Shown: positions 28,892 through 38,633 of the stretch, piece by piece | Layout of the letters: each line of letters begins with the position of its first letter | How positions within the stretch are numbered: position 1 is the first letter of the stretch | NCBI GenBank assembly: GCA_030751995.1 | Contig: JASMFB010000001.1 | Location: forward strand, 122 to 64,121 | Length of the DNA stretch: 64,000 nucleotides | Direction: 5' to 3' | From: Candidatus Thalassarchaeaceae archaeon | GTDB taxonomy: Archaea; Thermoplasmatota; Poseidoniia; Poseidoniales; Thalassarchaeaceae | The notes under the pieces: generated by a model | Databases searched by the model: none | Seen by the model: only the letters and a program-made list of their open reading frames with translations | What the model was told of the DNA's origin: nothing | Position numbers and translations under genes: made by a program

Positions 28892-30025
28892 ATGGCGGAA
28901 AAGCGCGATTACTACGAAGTTCTGGGGGTGTCCAAGGATGCCAATGAAGACGAACTGAAGAAATCCTTCCGATCCCTTGCTAGAAAGTTTCACCCGGACA
29001 AGAATCCAGATGATTCTGAAGCTGAGCATTTGTTCAAGGAAGTCCAAGAGGCATATGCCGTTTTGTCAAATCCCGAACAACGACGCCAATACGATATGTT
29101 CGGCCATGATTCTCCCGGAGGGTCCCCTTTCGGTCCTGGTGGTTTCCAGGGTGTGAACATCAATCTCGATGATTTGTTCGGTGGGGGGATTGAATCCATT
29201 TTCTCTGGAATTTTCGGCGGGGGTCGTTCATCCCGTGGACGACGCGGTCAAGATGTTTTACTTCGCCACAGTATTTCTCTTGAGAATGTGTATGATGAGG
29301 CAGAAATCGAAATTTCCGCTAAACTCTCCAGCGCATGCGAGTCATGTAATGGCTCAGGGGCCCAAACACCAGGGGATATTCAGCGCTGCTCTACTTGTGA
29401 TGGACAGGGACGTATCATGCAGCAGGCTAGAGTGGGACCATTTGTTCAACAAATGGTGTCGGACTGCCCTGATTGTGCCGGGTCGGGAAATATCATTCGA
29501 AAGCGCTGTTCGGCTTGTCGTGGTTCAGGGTCAGTCAAGCGTGAGCAAAAACTTCGCATCACCATCCCAAGGGGGGCCGAAGACGGCCTTCGTCTTCGAC
29601 ACCGAGGCAAAGGAGAACCCATTGCCAATGGCCAACATGGGGACCTTTACATTCACCTAGATATCGAATATCACCCTTGGTTTGAGCGAGACGGCCCAGA
29701 TTTGATTATGGCGCTCCCACTTGGTTTTCCTGAGATGATGTTAGGGACACAAGTTGAGTTACCACACATAGATGGCAAACCATTGGTCATTGATGTACCA
29801 GCAGGTGCCAAGCCGAGTGAAACTCTGCTAGTACGAGGGAGAGGAATGCCCCATCGTCGTGGTCGTGGACGTGGCGATGTCACAATTCTACTGAAACTGC
29901 ATGTACCTGAGAAATTCAACAAATCCATGCGTTCTACATTGGAAGAGATGCGCCCTTCATTCGGATTGCCCATTTCAGATATCGAAGATGCCGTGCGTCG
30001 TGAAGCCCAAGATCGCCGCAATTGA
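28892..30025 (+). CDS. dnaJ: Chaperone DnaJ
   Basis: J domain (DYYEVLGV, HPD), G/F region, four CxxCxGxG repeats and the C-terminal domain. Confidence 0.97.
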   Translation: MAEKRDYYEVLGVSKDANEDELKKSFRSLARKFHPDKNPDDSEAEHLFKEVQEAYAVLSNPEQRRQYDMFGHDSPGGSPFGPGGFQGVNINLDDLFGGGIESIFSGIFGGGRSSRGRRGQDVLLRHSISLENVYDEAEIEISAKLSSACESCNGSGAQTPGDIQRCSTCDGQGRIMQQARVGPFVQQMVSDCPDCAGSGNIIRKRCSACRGSGSVKREQKLRITIPRGAEDGLRLRHRGKGEPIANGQHGDLYIHLDIEYHPWFERDGPDLIMALPLGFPEMMLGTQVELPHIDGKPLVIDVPAGAKPSETLLVRGRGMPHRRGRGRGDVTILLKLHVPEKFNKSMRSTLEEMRPSFGLPISDIEDAVRREAQDRRN

Positions 30026-31786
30026 TTACTCATCTTCCATGAGAAGTGCACGAGCTGGAATCGCAGCCAGAGGTTTTCCTTCTACAAGCCCCGAAAGGTG
30101 CAAGTCAAGCCCATTCGCACTTCCTTCCAATTGTAGCCCGAGGAATCGTGTACTGCCGACCTCTAGCGTGTCTAGGAAGATTTCATCGCCATCGTAAAGT
30201 GAATTTGGAGAGACCTTGGTAATCTTCCATGAAGGCCCACCTGCTGCCTCAAATCGAAGAGCAGCCAAGTTCCATGGCGCCTGCTCAACATGAATTCCCA
30301 CAAGCAAACTTCCTGGTCCCATCCGCCAAGCTTTCAGTGTGACAGAATCGGTGTGGTGCGTCAATGTCGCTTCACCCATCTCGGCGACGGTCGCCTTCCA
30401 CTGAACCGCCTCTAACATTTCCAGAGCACTGCTGATTTCATGTTCACTACCATCACTTTCGATGAGTCTAGCTAATCGTTCTCGAAGGCGCTTCAATCGC
30501 CCTCGTTCGTGTGCTTGTACTTCATCGGCTAATTTCGTTCCACGCAGACTCCACAGAACATATCCCATGGGTGCCAGCATCACCAAGCCGATTCCGATGT
30601 AGAATGGAATGAATTCCCTCCATTGATCTACAATCTCACCTTCGGGACCAGCATCTCCACTGGTTACATTGATTGTTAGCAAGTCAAGGTGGTAAGCATT
30701 GGTACCAATCGCCGAATTAGAACGACTCACCTTCACTAGATGATACCCTGGTGTCATGTTCAAGCCAACGGTCCCAGATCCGTCTGCAACATCCAATGGC
30801 GTTAGGAATTCACCTGAGTTGTCCCACGACTGAATCTGTACTAAGGAATCATCACCTTCGATTGTCGCAATGAGCCGATGAACCTCCCACGAGTCTCCCT
30901 GAATGAAAATTGGATACACATCAACCGTATCTTGTCCGCTGAGATTCCCATCCGTCGCCCAGCGTTCATTCTCTATGGTAACTGCCTCGGAGTGGAATCG
31001 TGTCTCATCGACTGTGTTGGGGCAATCATGCGGGCACAGCGCATCCCCCTCGGAGAGTATGGTTTTGTTCAACGACCACACTCCGGTGACTCCATCCGTC
31101 CTTGCCCAGATGGTGAATTCATAATTCTCGAATCGCGAATCTACCGCTGGTGTGTGTAAGGTCATGGTGGCCGTACTATTGTCGTCAAAATCAAGTTCAG
31201 TCACATCCCCATTGGATAATTGAGTCATGTATCCGACGAATTCCGTCATATCTGCTCCAAACCATTGAATCTCGATAGCAGCATTCCCTCCGGTCGAGAA
31301 GTAGGAACGGTCCCCTTCTGTATCGGATTCATGGATATATCCAGATGCAGTCAAGTCGCCCAATTCTACATCCTCATCAGCAGAATTAGAATGGATATGG
31401 ATTTGGTAGGAGTTAGGACTTGTGAAATTTACATTGGAAATTTCGACCCACATGGCATTCCCGGTCCCACTGAGTAAGAAGGCCACGGAGGAACCCACTT
31501 CTTCGCCGTGAATCTCACCATCTTCGCGAACTGTGATTTTCAACGCTTCGTCTGAAGATACTAATTGGATGAAATGTACCGCTCCTGCATCATCACCGAG
31601 AGTGATGTTATCGAGATCCTGAGGGTCACTCAACTGACCCTCATAGATGAGTGTCGACGTGCCCGCCCCCTCCCAATCTAACTCAGGTTCATCAATCGTC
31701 CCGACACTACTGAGTTGTTCTGCAGGAATCGATGATGCAGTCATCAGAATGAGGAACAATCCGAGAACCATCGCACATGTGCGCAT
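30026..31786 (-). CDS. Single-pass membrane protein: extracellular PPC-like beta-sandwich domains and a ~175-aa cytoplasmic domain
   Basis: Signal peptide from ATG 31786 (MRTCAMVLGLFLILM), D.D.Y/F-type PPC-like motifs and TM FYIGIGLVMLAPMGYVLW. Confidence 0.7.
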   Translation of the reverse strand: MRTCAMVLGLFLILMTASSIPAEQLSSVGTIDEPELDWEGAGTSTLIYEGQLSDPQDLDNITLGDDAGAVHFIQLVSSDEALKITVREDGEIHGEEVGSSVAFLLSGTGNAMWVEISNVNFTSPNSYQIHIHSNSADEDVELGDLTASGYIHESDTEGDRSYFSTGGNAAIEIQWFGADMTEFVGYMTQLSNGDVTELDFDDNSTATMTLHTPAVDSRFENYEFTIWARTDGVTGVWSLNKTILSEGDALCPHDCPNTVDETRFHSEAVTIENERWATDGNLSGQDTVDVYPIFIQGDSWEVHRLIATIEGDDSLVQIQSWDNSGEFLTPLDVADGSGTVGLNMTPGYHLVKVSRSNSAIGTNAYHLDLLTINVTSGDAGPEGEIVDQWREFIPFYIGIGLVMLAPMGYVLWSLRGTKLADEVQAHERGRLKRLRERLARLIESDGSEHEISSALEMLEAVQWKATVAEMGEATLTHHTDSVTLKAWRMGPGSLLVGIHVEQAPWNLAALRFEAAGGPSWKITKVSPNSLYDGDEIFLDTLEVGSTRFLGLQLEGSANGLDLHLSGLVEGKPLAAIPARALLMEDE

Positions 31787-31820
31787 GGCCCGGGCCTCCG
31801 GCCCGCCACCTTTAGAATCA

Positions 31821-31828
31821 TTCAAGTC
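31821..31828 (+). promoter_or_regulatory. TATA-like box (TTCAAGTC), 31 nt before arcS
   Basis: One of a positionally conserved motif set; see findings. Confidence 0.5.
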
Positions 31829-31851
31829 CAGTGCATTGACAGCCTCGTTTC

Positions 31852-33612
31852 ATGGAGCACAAACCATTGGCCCGAACGGTGCTGGCCCGTTGGCGTCATG
31901 CACGCATTTTTGGGCTCGGCGATCGCGCATCCCCGGCTGCCTTCACGCCGGGTTTGTGTCTGACTCCCAATGACCCAGAAATTGACGTTGAAATCGCCCC
32001 TTTTACCATTGAGCACAACTCCGAAAATTTACCTGCATCTCTATCGATTTCAGCAAGGGGTGCATGGTCACATCCCTTTGGGGAAAACGACGTTCCGACA
32101 TATACGGCTGATGAAGGCCACACATTGCCCCCTAGTCTCCAAGAAGCAGACTCGGGACTTGGCCAGAGCACAGGTCCACTGTTGCCCGTATCTTGGCAGC
32201 GTTTGGTCCATGATGCAACACTTCTCGATGCAAATCTATCACCCGAAATAATTGTCATTCAGGATGCTGTTCAACTGGCTGGACATCCCGGTCGATTAGT
32301 ACAAACAATCCACCTTATCCGTGAGCGATTTCCTGCAGCACTTCTCTGGGCCCCAGGGTTGGGTGGCCCAGACAATTGTGCAATTCTTTCGTGGTTCGGT
32401 TTAGATTTATTCGATTTGAGACGTTCACAGCAGGCAGCTGCCCATGGAATTCTATTGTCCAGAGATGGGCCCCGACATATCGATTCAACCAGTGGCGAAT
32501 CTGCCGATATGACTGCCCAACTCTCTGAATGGCGCTCGTCGTTGGCCGCGACCCGGGCGGCAATTCAAGCCGGCACTATTCGGGAACTCGTTGAGAAGCA
32601 ATCACTCAACAGCCCTCGTCTCGTTGAACACCTTCGACGACATGACGCTCAGTTGTCGGGTTCTGCACCTCTGTCAATGCATGTCGATAAGGCCCAAAGA
32701 TTCCGTTGCCACGGACCCGTGAGCCGCGAAGATCCACTTGTTCAAGATTGGATTCATCGCATTGAGCATGAGTACATGCCTGACGAGATTCAGCGTGAGA
32801 CATTGGTGTTGTTACCTTGCTCTGCACGCAAGCCTTACTCTCGCAGTCAGAGCCATCGTTTCTTCCGCTCTGCTATACGCAACCGCAGAGTACACCAAGT
32901 CATTGTTACCAGTCCGCTCGGCCTAGTCCCTCGTGAATTGGAGGAACAGTGGCCCGCTGCCCATTATGACATTCCAGTGACTGGCGATTGGGACGATGAT
33001 GAATTGGCAACCATTCGACGAATGGTGACGACATTGGTGGAGCGAGTCGGTTACAAGACCGTCATCAACCATTCTGGAATTGACTTCGAGATTGAGACGA
33101 TCGATACTCGACCAGACGGCGTGGGCGCTTCTTCCAAAGCTGCTTGCGATGTTCTTCGCCAGGCCATAGAATCCATAGAAGGAGAACCAATTCGTGAAAA
33201 GGCATTCCTTCTCCATTCATTTGCATCCCTGAGCCGATGGCAATTTGGGACCGATGCGTGGATGGAAGGGCTACATGTGGGCGGAAAACCTCCGAGGTGG
33301 ATGCTTCTGAAAGACAAACAACAAATGGCGCAATGGCACCCTGATTCAGGTCGGTTTTCATTCACTAAATCCATTCTTCCAATTCTTCGAGAAACGGGTA
33401 CACTTCGAGAGGTCGAAATCGGCGGAGATTCTCCATGGAAAGGCGATATTTTCCCTCACATGGTTGTTTCAGCCCCTGAAGACCTAAAAATCAGCGAAGA
33501 AGTCCTTATCATTCGCGATGGAAAATTACTCGGTTCGGCCCGCTGCAAGGCTGCAGGGTGGGAATGGAAGTGTGGCGCAGGTCGGCTGGCGAAGTCCCAA
33601 CACCGTCTTTAG
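31852..33612 (+). CDS. arcS: Archaeosine synthase ArcS (TgtA2) with C-terminal PUA domain
   Basis: Degenerate TGT-like N-terminus (GLDLFD, IRELVE), LLPCSARKPYSRSQSH, TSPLGLVPRELE, YDIPVTGDW and a PUA domain. Confidence 0.9.
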   Translation: MEHKPLARTVLARWRHARIFGLGDRASPAAFTPGLCLTPNDPEIDVEIAPFTIEHNSENLPASLSISARGAWSHPFGENDVPTYTADEGHTLPPSLQEADSGLGQSTGPLLPVSWQRLVHDATLLDANLSPEIIVIQDAVQLAGHPGRLVQTIHLIRERFPAALLWAPGLGGPDNCAILSWFGLDLFDLRRSQQAAAHGILLSRDGPRHIDSTSGESADMTAQLSEWRSSLAATRAAIQAGTIRELVEKQSLNSPRLVEHLRRHDAQLSGSAPLSMHVDKAQRFRCHGPVSREDPLVQDWIHRIEHEYMPDEIQRETLVLLPCSARKPYSRSQSHRFFRSAIRNRRVHQVIVTSPLGLVPRELEEQWPAAHYDIPVTGDWDDDELATIRRMVTTLVERVGYKTVINHSGIDFEIETIDTRPDGVGASSKAACDVLRQAIESIEGEPIREKAFLLHSFASLSRWQFGTDAWMEGLHVGGKPPRWMLLKDKQQMAQWHPDSGRFSFTKSILPILRETGTLREVEIGGDSPWKGDIFPHMVVSAPEDLKISEEVLIIRDGKLLGSARCKAAGWEWKCGAGRLAKSQHRL

Positions 33613-33668
33613 GGCCAGCGACCCAGAGTTGGGGGGTGTTAAATACCGCCCATAGGGCGGTAGGATGT

Positions 33669-36593
33669 ATGGCCACTGCCTATCAAACGAACCACCTGAG
33701 CACCGCACTAGTCCTGCTGATGATTCTCTCAGCATTGGCGCCGATGATGGCTCCCCACATGGGAGTAGACGTCGTAATTGATGATGAAACCCATCCAAAT
33801 GCACTGAAACAGGCCGACCGCACCATGGATACTGGAGCCCGTGCACCTTGTTCTGCCGTACAAAGTGACGGCGGCACAGCAGGAGATGCTGGCAACACCA
33901 CAGCGACTGCCAAATCACAGGGTAGCGACCCAACCGTGACCAATATGGATGGTTGTGTTGACACCACTGATGATCAAGATTGGTATTCAATGCAGGTATC
34001 TGCAGACAAAGACATCGTTGTTGTATTGCGTGATTTTGGTGATGGAACAAACACAGATTTCGATTTGTTACTCGCAGACAGCACCGGTGGTAACCAACAA
34101 ACTGGCACAGGCTATGTCGATTTATCTATGAGTTATGCGGCAACCGAGCGAGTTGAATTCACAACAAATTCTACCACAGCAGGAATGTTTTACATCCAGG
34201 TTTGGCAATATGCAGGAGATGGGAATTACAAGATGGACATCTGGGTAAATACCTCTGTACCAAAGCCCGATCTTGCTGTGAATTCAATCAGTGGCCCAGC
34301 GAGCGCAATGGCCGGCGACACGGTCAATGTCACGTACACAGTAGAGAATTACGGCCCAGGCGATACTAACTCAACAAATCCGTATGATGTCGTGTTTATT
34401 CTATCCACAGACGACACTTATGATTGGGGGGATACAATCGTGGATAGCCATGTTACAGGACCTTACCTTGCAGCAGGAACCAATTCAGTTGAGAGCGCTC
34501 AGTTAACCATCCCCGCTGATATAGACAGCGACGATTATCACTGGATTGTCTGGCCAGATGGCTGGGGCAATGTCTCAGAGGCGGATGATCTCAACAACAA
34601 CAATGCCAGTTCTGGCGTGACCACAATTTCGGGAATGCCTTGTCCGAATGTGGATGATGCATCAACAGGTGCGGACATTGGTGGTGTTGAGGCAGAAGCC
34701 TACGATTTGGGTGCTAATTTCACCGGAGTGATTACTGGATGCGTATCCGGCGGCGACAAGGCTGACATGTACATGCTCTCAATGGGGCGCGGGCAGAATA
34801 TTTCCGCTGTCCTAACAGCAGATAATTGGGATGCGGATCTCGATCTCGACCTATGGAATTCTAGTTCACCTGATGTAGACTCTAGTGCCGGCATTGACAG
34901 TAATGAGTCTGTGTCAACATCTGGAACAGATGCTGATGGAGCCGCAGACACCTATTACATCAATGTCTCACAATATTCCGGTCTGGCGAATTACACATTG
35001 GAGATTTGGACCAACGGCACCATATTCATCCCACCGTATGACTGTGGAAGCCCTGAAGATTGGGGGCAACCCAATGCAGATGCAGGCCCAAGTAGAGTGA
35101 CTGCAATGCAAATTGGCGAGAACCCAGAAGAAAGCGGAATGGGTTGTCTGGATATTGAAGACACGGCTGACGCTTACGGCTTCTCACTCTCTGGCATGCA
35201 TGGCATGACTGTTGAGTTAGAGTCCCACAATAATGAGAATATGCATCTCCAATTGTTCGATGGAAGTGATGATTCCTTGATTACTGAGGTGTACTCCACC
35301 AATGGCAGTGCTATGGTTGACACCACTGGATTGGACTCAAGTGATTTGAATGGTGGATACTATGTCATCATCAACGCGTACGAGGCAGAGGGTTGGTACA
35401 ACCTCTCATTCACACCGATTGACCCACCACTTCCAAACCTTGTTGCTAGCGCAATCAACTGCCCAGTCAGTGGCAGAAGTACTGGTGAGCAGGTATTCTT
35501 CGGAGCAGATATCAGCAGTGACGACGGTCCAATGGATGCCGCATTCGCTTGGCAATTGAGTTTGGTCGATGAGAACGGAACTGAAGTCCTGACTCTTCTT
35601 CAAGACGCATATTCCGATGCACTTGATGGCAATGATGGAGTAATCATCCAAGATGGCGACCTCGTTCTATTGGACAGCGCTACCATTTCGTCAGGAAATT
35701 ACACCTGTGTATTGACTGTCGATGGCGGCGATGTTATCGTCGAATCAAATGAGACTGACAATACCATGACTTCCCCGTCGTTTGAAATCATAAATTATGA
35801 CGAACTCTTTGCTAATGACCTCGATCGAGACGGCGTCCTCAACGACGACGACGCTTGTCCGAACACACCTGGCGATTCTACCATGGATCGCCTTGGCTGC
35901 CAAGATGCAGACGGTGATGGATATTCCAATGGCGGAGACGTATTCATCTACGAAGCAACCCAGTGGAACGATACTGATGGTGATGGCTTCGGAGACAACA
36001 ACGGACCTAGTGATTACAATGGTGACGTTTGCCCGAACGAATTTGGTGTGATGTCGGGAACCAATGGAACAGGTTGCCCACTTTGGATTCCCGATGAGGA
36101 CAATGACGGAGTCTCCGATTCTAATGACATGTGTCAAGGAACACCATCTGGCGCAGCAGTAGACGCGTTTGGGTGTTCTGATACAGATGGTGATGGCGTC
36201 GATGATACGATTGACGCCTGTCCAGATACTCCTGCCGACACATCAGTCGATAACACAGGATGTCCAGTGGACGACGGCACCGATGACCCTGGAGACACCA
36301 ACGGTACGGATGAATCTGGTAACAATCAATCGGGAGATACAGAAAGTTCCAGTGGTGATGATTCTGATATGATGCTGTACATCATGATTGCAGCAGGTAT
36401 CGTTCTCCTACTCGTGGTAGTTCTCGGTCTCACTCTAGTCCTACGCTCGGGTGGCAAAGGTAACGACCCCACAGAGCAAGCTTGGGCTACGGCAATAACT
36501 CCTGAGCAGCAGGCGTACGAGCAGCAATTGATTGGAATGGGATACACCGCTGAACAAGCCCGTGCTTATGCAAGCCAGTATTTCCAAAACTAA
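33669..36593 (+). CDS. Surface protein with PPC-like, CARDB and thrombospondin type 3-like repeats and a C-terminal TM helix
   Basis: ATG 33669 lies 30 nt after ttaaatac. Signal peptide, DDQDWY and DMYM PPC-like motifs, KPDL..NVTYTVENYG..E.D..NN (CARDB), DxDxDGVxDxxDxCPxTP repeats, TM, and tail YEQQLIGMGYTAEQARAY. Confidence 0.85.
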   Translation: MATAYQTNHLSTALVLLMILSALAPMMAPHMGVDVVIDDETHPNALKQADRTMDTGARAPCSAVQSDGGTAGDAGNTTATAKSQGSDPTVTNMDGCVDTTDDQDWYSMQVSADKDIVVVLRDFGDGTNTDFDLLLADSTGGNQQTGTGYVDLSMSYAATERVEFTTNSTTAGMFYIQVWQYAGDGNYKMDIWVNTSVPKPDLAVNSISGPASAMAGDTVNVTYTVENYGPGDTNSTNPYDVVFILSTDDTYDWGDTIVDSHVTGPYLAAGTNSVESAQLTIPADIDSDDYHWIVWPDGWGNVSEADDLNNNNASSGVTTISGMPCPNVDDASTGADIGGVEAEAYDLGANFTGVITGCVSGGDKADMYMLSMGRGQNISAVLTADNWDADLDLDLWNSSSPDVDSSAGIDSNESVSTSGTDADGAADTYYINVSQYSGLANYTLEIWTNGTIFIPPYDCGSPEDWGQPNADAGPSRVTAMQIGENPEESGMGCLDIEDTADAYGFSLSGMHGMTVELESHNNENMHLQLFDGSDDSLITEVYSTNGSAMVDTTGLDSSDLNGGYYVIINAYEAEGWYNLSFTPIDPPLPNLVASAINCPVSGRSTGEQVFFGADISSDDGPMDAAFAWQLSLVDENGTEVLTLLQDAYSDALDGNDGVIIQDGDLVLLDSATISSGNYTCVLTVDGGDVIVESNETDNTMTSPSFEIINYDELFANDLDRDGVLNDDDACPNTPGDSTMDRLGCQDADGDGYSNGGDVFIYEATQWNDTDGDGFGDNNGPSDYNGDVCPNEFGVMSGTNGTGCPLWIPDEDNDGVSDSNDMCQGTPSGAAVDAFGCSDTDGDGVDDTIDACPDTPADTSVDNTGCPVDDGTDDPGDTNGTDESGNNQSGDTESSSGDDSDMMLYIMIAAGIVLLLVVVLGLTLVLRSGGKGNDPTEQAWATAITPEQQAYEQQLIGMGYTAEQARAYASQYFQN

Positions 36594-36615
36594 TCTACAG
36601 GGGTGTGTTCCACCG

Positions 36616-37158
36616 ATGTCTGACGAGTTTCTCGACAGGCTCCGTGAGACTATTCGTACGGTGCCGGATTTTCCCATAGAAGGGATCATGTTCCGTGATA
36701 TCACACCCGTCTTGAGTCAACCGGGCCTTCTTTCAGAAGTGACAAATAGATTTGCTGAGGATTTGGAGCAACTCAATTGGTCTCCCGATGTTATCGTTGG
36801 CCCAGAAGCACGTGGTTTCATCTTCGGCCCATTGTTGGCGTCAAAACTCGACATTGCATTCGTACCTATTCGCAAACCAGGAAAACTTCCTGCAGCAACC
36901 AGTCGAGTTGAATATACACTTGAATACGGATCAAATACTCTTGAAATCCATCAAGATGCCTTGGTATCAGGTCAAAGGGTTGTCATAATCGATGACTTAT
37001 TGGCTACAGGTGGAACTATTTCTGCATGCTCTGAACTTTGTCAGGCAGCTGGCGCAGAGGTATTAGGGGCACTATTTTTGATTGAATTGAAAGGTCTCCA
37101 AGCACGTTCATCAATCGCCCCCATTCAAGCCCACGCATTGCTCGAATTCCCAGCATAG
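36616..37158 (+). CDS. apt: Adenine phosphoribosyltransferase
   Basis: PDFPIEGIMFRDITP, EARGFIFG, RKPGKLP, LEYG and the PRPP motif IIDDLLATGGT. Confidence 0.96.
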   Translation: MSDEFLDRLRETIRTVPDFPIEGIMFRDITPVLSQPGLLSEVTNRFAEDLEQLNWSPDVIVGPEARGFIFGPLLASKLDIAFVPIRKPGKLPAATSRVEYTLEYGSNTLEIHQDALVSGQRVVIIDDLLATGGTISACSELCQAAGAEVLGALFLIELKGLQARSSIAPIQAHALLEFPA

Positions 37159-37175
37159 CCCCCCCGAAGGGGGGG
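37159..37175 (+). terminator. C7-GAA-G7 hairpin directly after the apt stop
   Basis: ccccccc gaa ggggggg. Confidence 0.5.
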
Positions 37176-37249
37176 ATACCCAATTCGAATCATAGCGGAG
37201 CGGTTATGAAGGGGCAGCAGGTCGGCGGGACGCTCGAGGTGCTCTATAC

Positions 37250-37705
37250 ATGGCTCGCATGCACAGTCCAGGTCGCGGAAAGAGTGGTTCAACCAAGCCC
37301 CTCGTCGACAAAGCACCCGAGTGGTCAAACTCCGATCCGAAAGCAGTAACTGAACTGATTCTTTCATTGGCTGCAGACGGACACAACACTGCATCCATTG
37401 GCACCATTCTCCGTGACCAGCACGCAGTTCCCGATACCCGACTCGTCGTTGGCAAGCGAATCGGCCAGATTCTTGCCGAAAACGAGATTACACCACAGTA
37501 TCCAGAAGATATGATGAGTTTGATGCGCCGCGCACTCCGCCTCATCAATCATCTTGAATCAAATCGCAAAGACCGCCACAATTCGCGCCAACTTGAGTTG
37601 ACTGAGAGCAAGATCCGTCGACTATCTCGGTACTACAAAGGTCGCGGCCAACTCGACACAGAATGGGCATACAAGCGTGATCAACTCCGCCTCATGGTAG
37701 AGTAA
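37250..37705 (+). CDS. rps15: 30S ribosomal protein S15 (uS15, archaeal type)
   Basis: MARMHS..RGKSGS.KP, IGTILRDQ, PEDM..L and ESKIRRL.RYYK. SD gaggtg upstream. Confidence 0.97.
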   Translation: MARMHSPGRGKSGSTKPLVDKAPEWSNSDPKAVTELILSLAADGHNTASIGTILRDQHAVPDTRLVVGKRIGQILAENEITPQYPEDMMSLMRRALRLINHLESNRKDRHNSRQLELTESKIRRLSRYYKGRGQLDTEWAYKRDQLRLMVE

Positions 37706-37766
37706 TCATCTCCTGCCGTTGTGGTCAGGTCTTTGAACCGTAAGTGGAACCACAACTCCGCGGCCC

Positions 37767-38633
37767 ATGTCACTACTTGATCTCCCAGCCTTCGCGACAG
37801 CCGCACCCGTATTGCGGGAAGCAGCACTCAAATTGCGAACATCCAAGTCTTCTCTAACAATTGTTGCACCACTGGATGAGTCTGGAATCTTCGCTTCCGC
37901 ATTACTAGAAGCTGCACTATTGGATGCTGGAATACCCTACCAACGCCGTTTACGAGATAATGCAAAGGCTGCCAAGGGCCCGAGCATTGTCATTGACTCA
38001 ACCTCAGTTTCCCAACTCGAGTCGATCGGAACAGAACCATTGTCCATCCATCTTGCACCGCTTGAAGTCGAGGCGTTGGTCGCCAGTGGTGGAGATTCTC
38101 GCCACGGCCTACTCTCACCCGTCGCACTTGCTGCTGGGTTGGGTAATTCGATTGCACCTTCAGGGGCCATGTCGCGCCTACTGATGCCTTGGATATTGAC
38201 TGGTAATTGGCTTTCCAGTGGCCTTGAGCATACCTATGACCCGGTTTACACAGTTCTCCGCGATTATCTCTCGAATGAGGGGCATATTCGAGTGGTTCCA
38301 ATGCCTGAAGTCCCCGATGTTCACCCTGACAGTCTGCCCGGCATCGATTCGTTAGCGCTCGGTGCTGTTCGTGATAGATGGGGCCAACTCGACCTTGAAG
38401 GCCGTGCCCAATCACTGTCACATTTAATGAAACCTCTACTGGATGTGGAGCTTCCTTCAACAGCCCGCCTCGAGGAACTGGGTTGGCATCGCATCATGGC
38501 AGCTGGATGGGAGCGAGATTTGGCGAGTCAGCTAACATCTTTCACTAAGTCATGGCGAGACAACCCATCTGGTCGACGCAGTCAAGCGAGCGACACTATC
38601 GATAGCCTGCTGAGAACTGGTCAGATGCCTTAA
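37767..38633 (+). CDS. Degenerate DHH/RecJ-like protein (catalytic motifs eroded)
   Basis: Lies directly after rps15, the usual position of the euryarchaeal RecJ-like gene. IVAPLDESGIFASALL resembles DHH motif I (H.DADG..A..I), but no DHH tripeptide is present. Confidence 0.5.
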   Translation: MSLLDLPAFATAAPVLREAALKLRTSKSSLTIVAPLDESGIFASALLEAALLDAGIPYQRRLRDNAKAAKGPSIVIDSTSVSQLESIGTEPLSIHLAPLEVEALVASGGDSRHGLLSPVALAAGLGNSIAPSGAMSRLLMPWILTGNWLSSGLEHTYDPVYTVLRDYLSNEGHIRVVPMPEVPDVHPDSLPGIDSLALGAVRDRWGQLDLEGRAQSLSHLMKPLLDVELPSTARLEELGWHRIMAAGWERDLASQLTSFTKSWRDNPSGRRSQASDTIDSLLRTGQMP

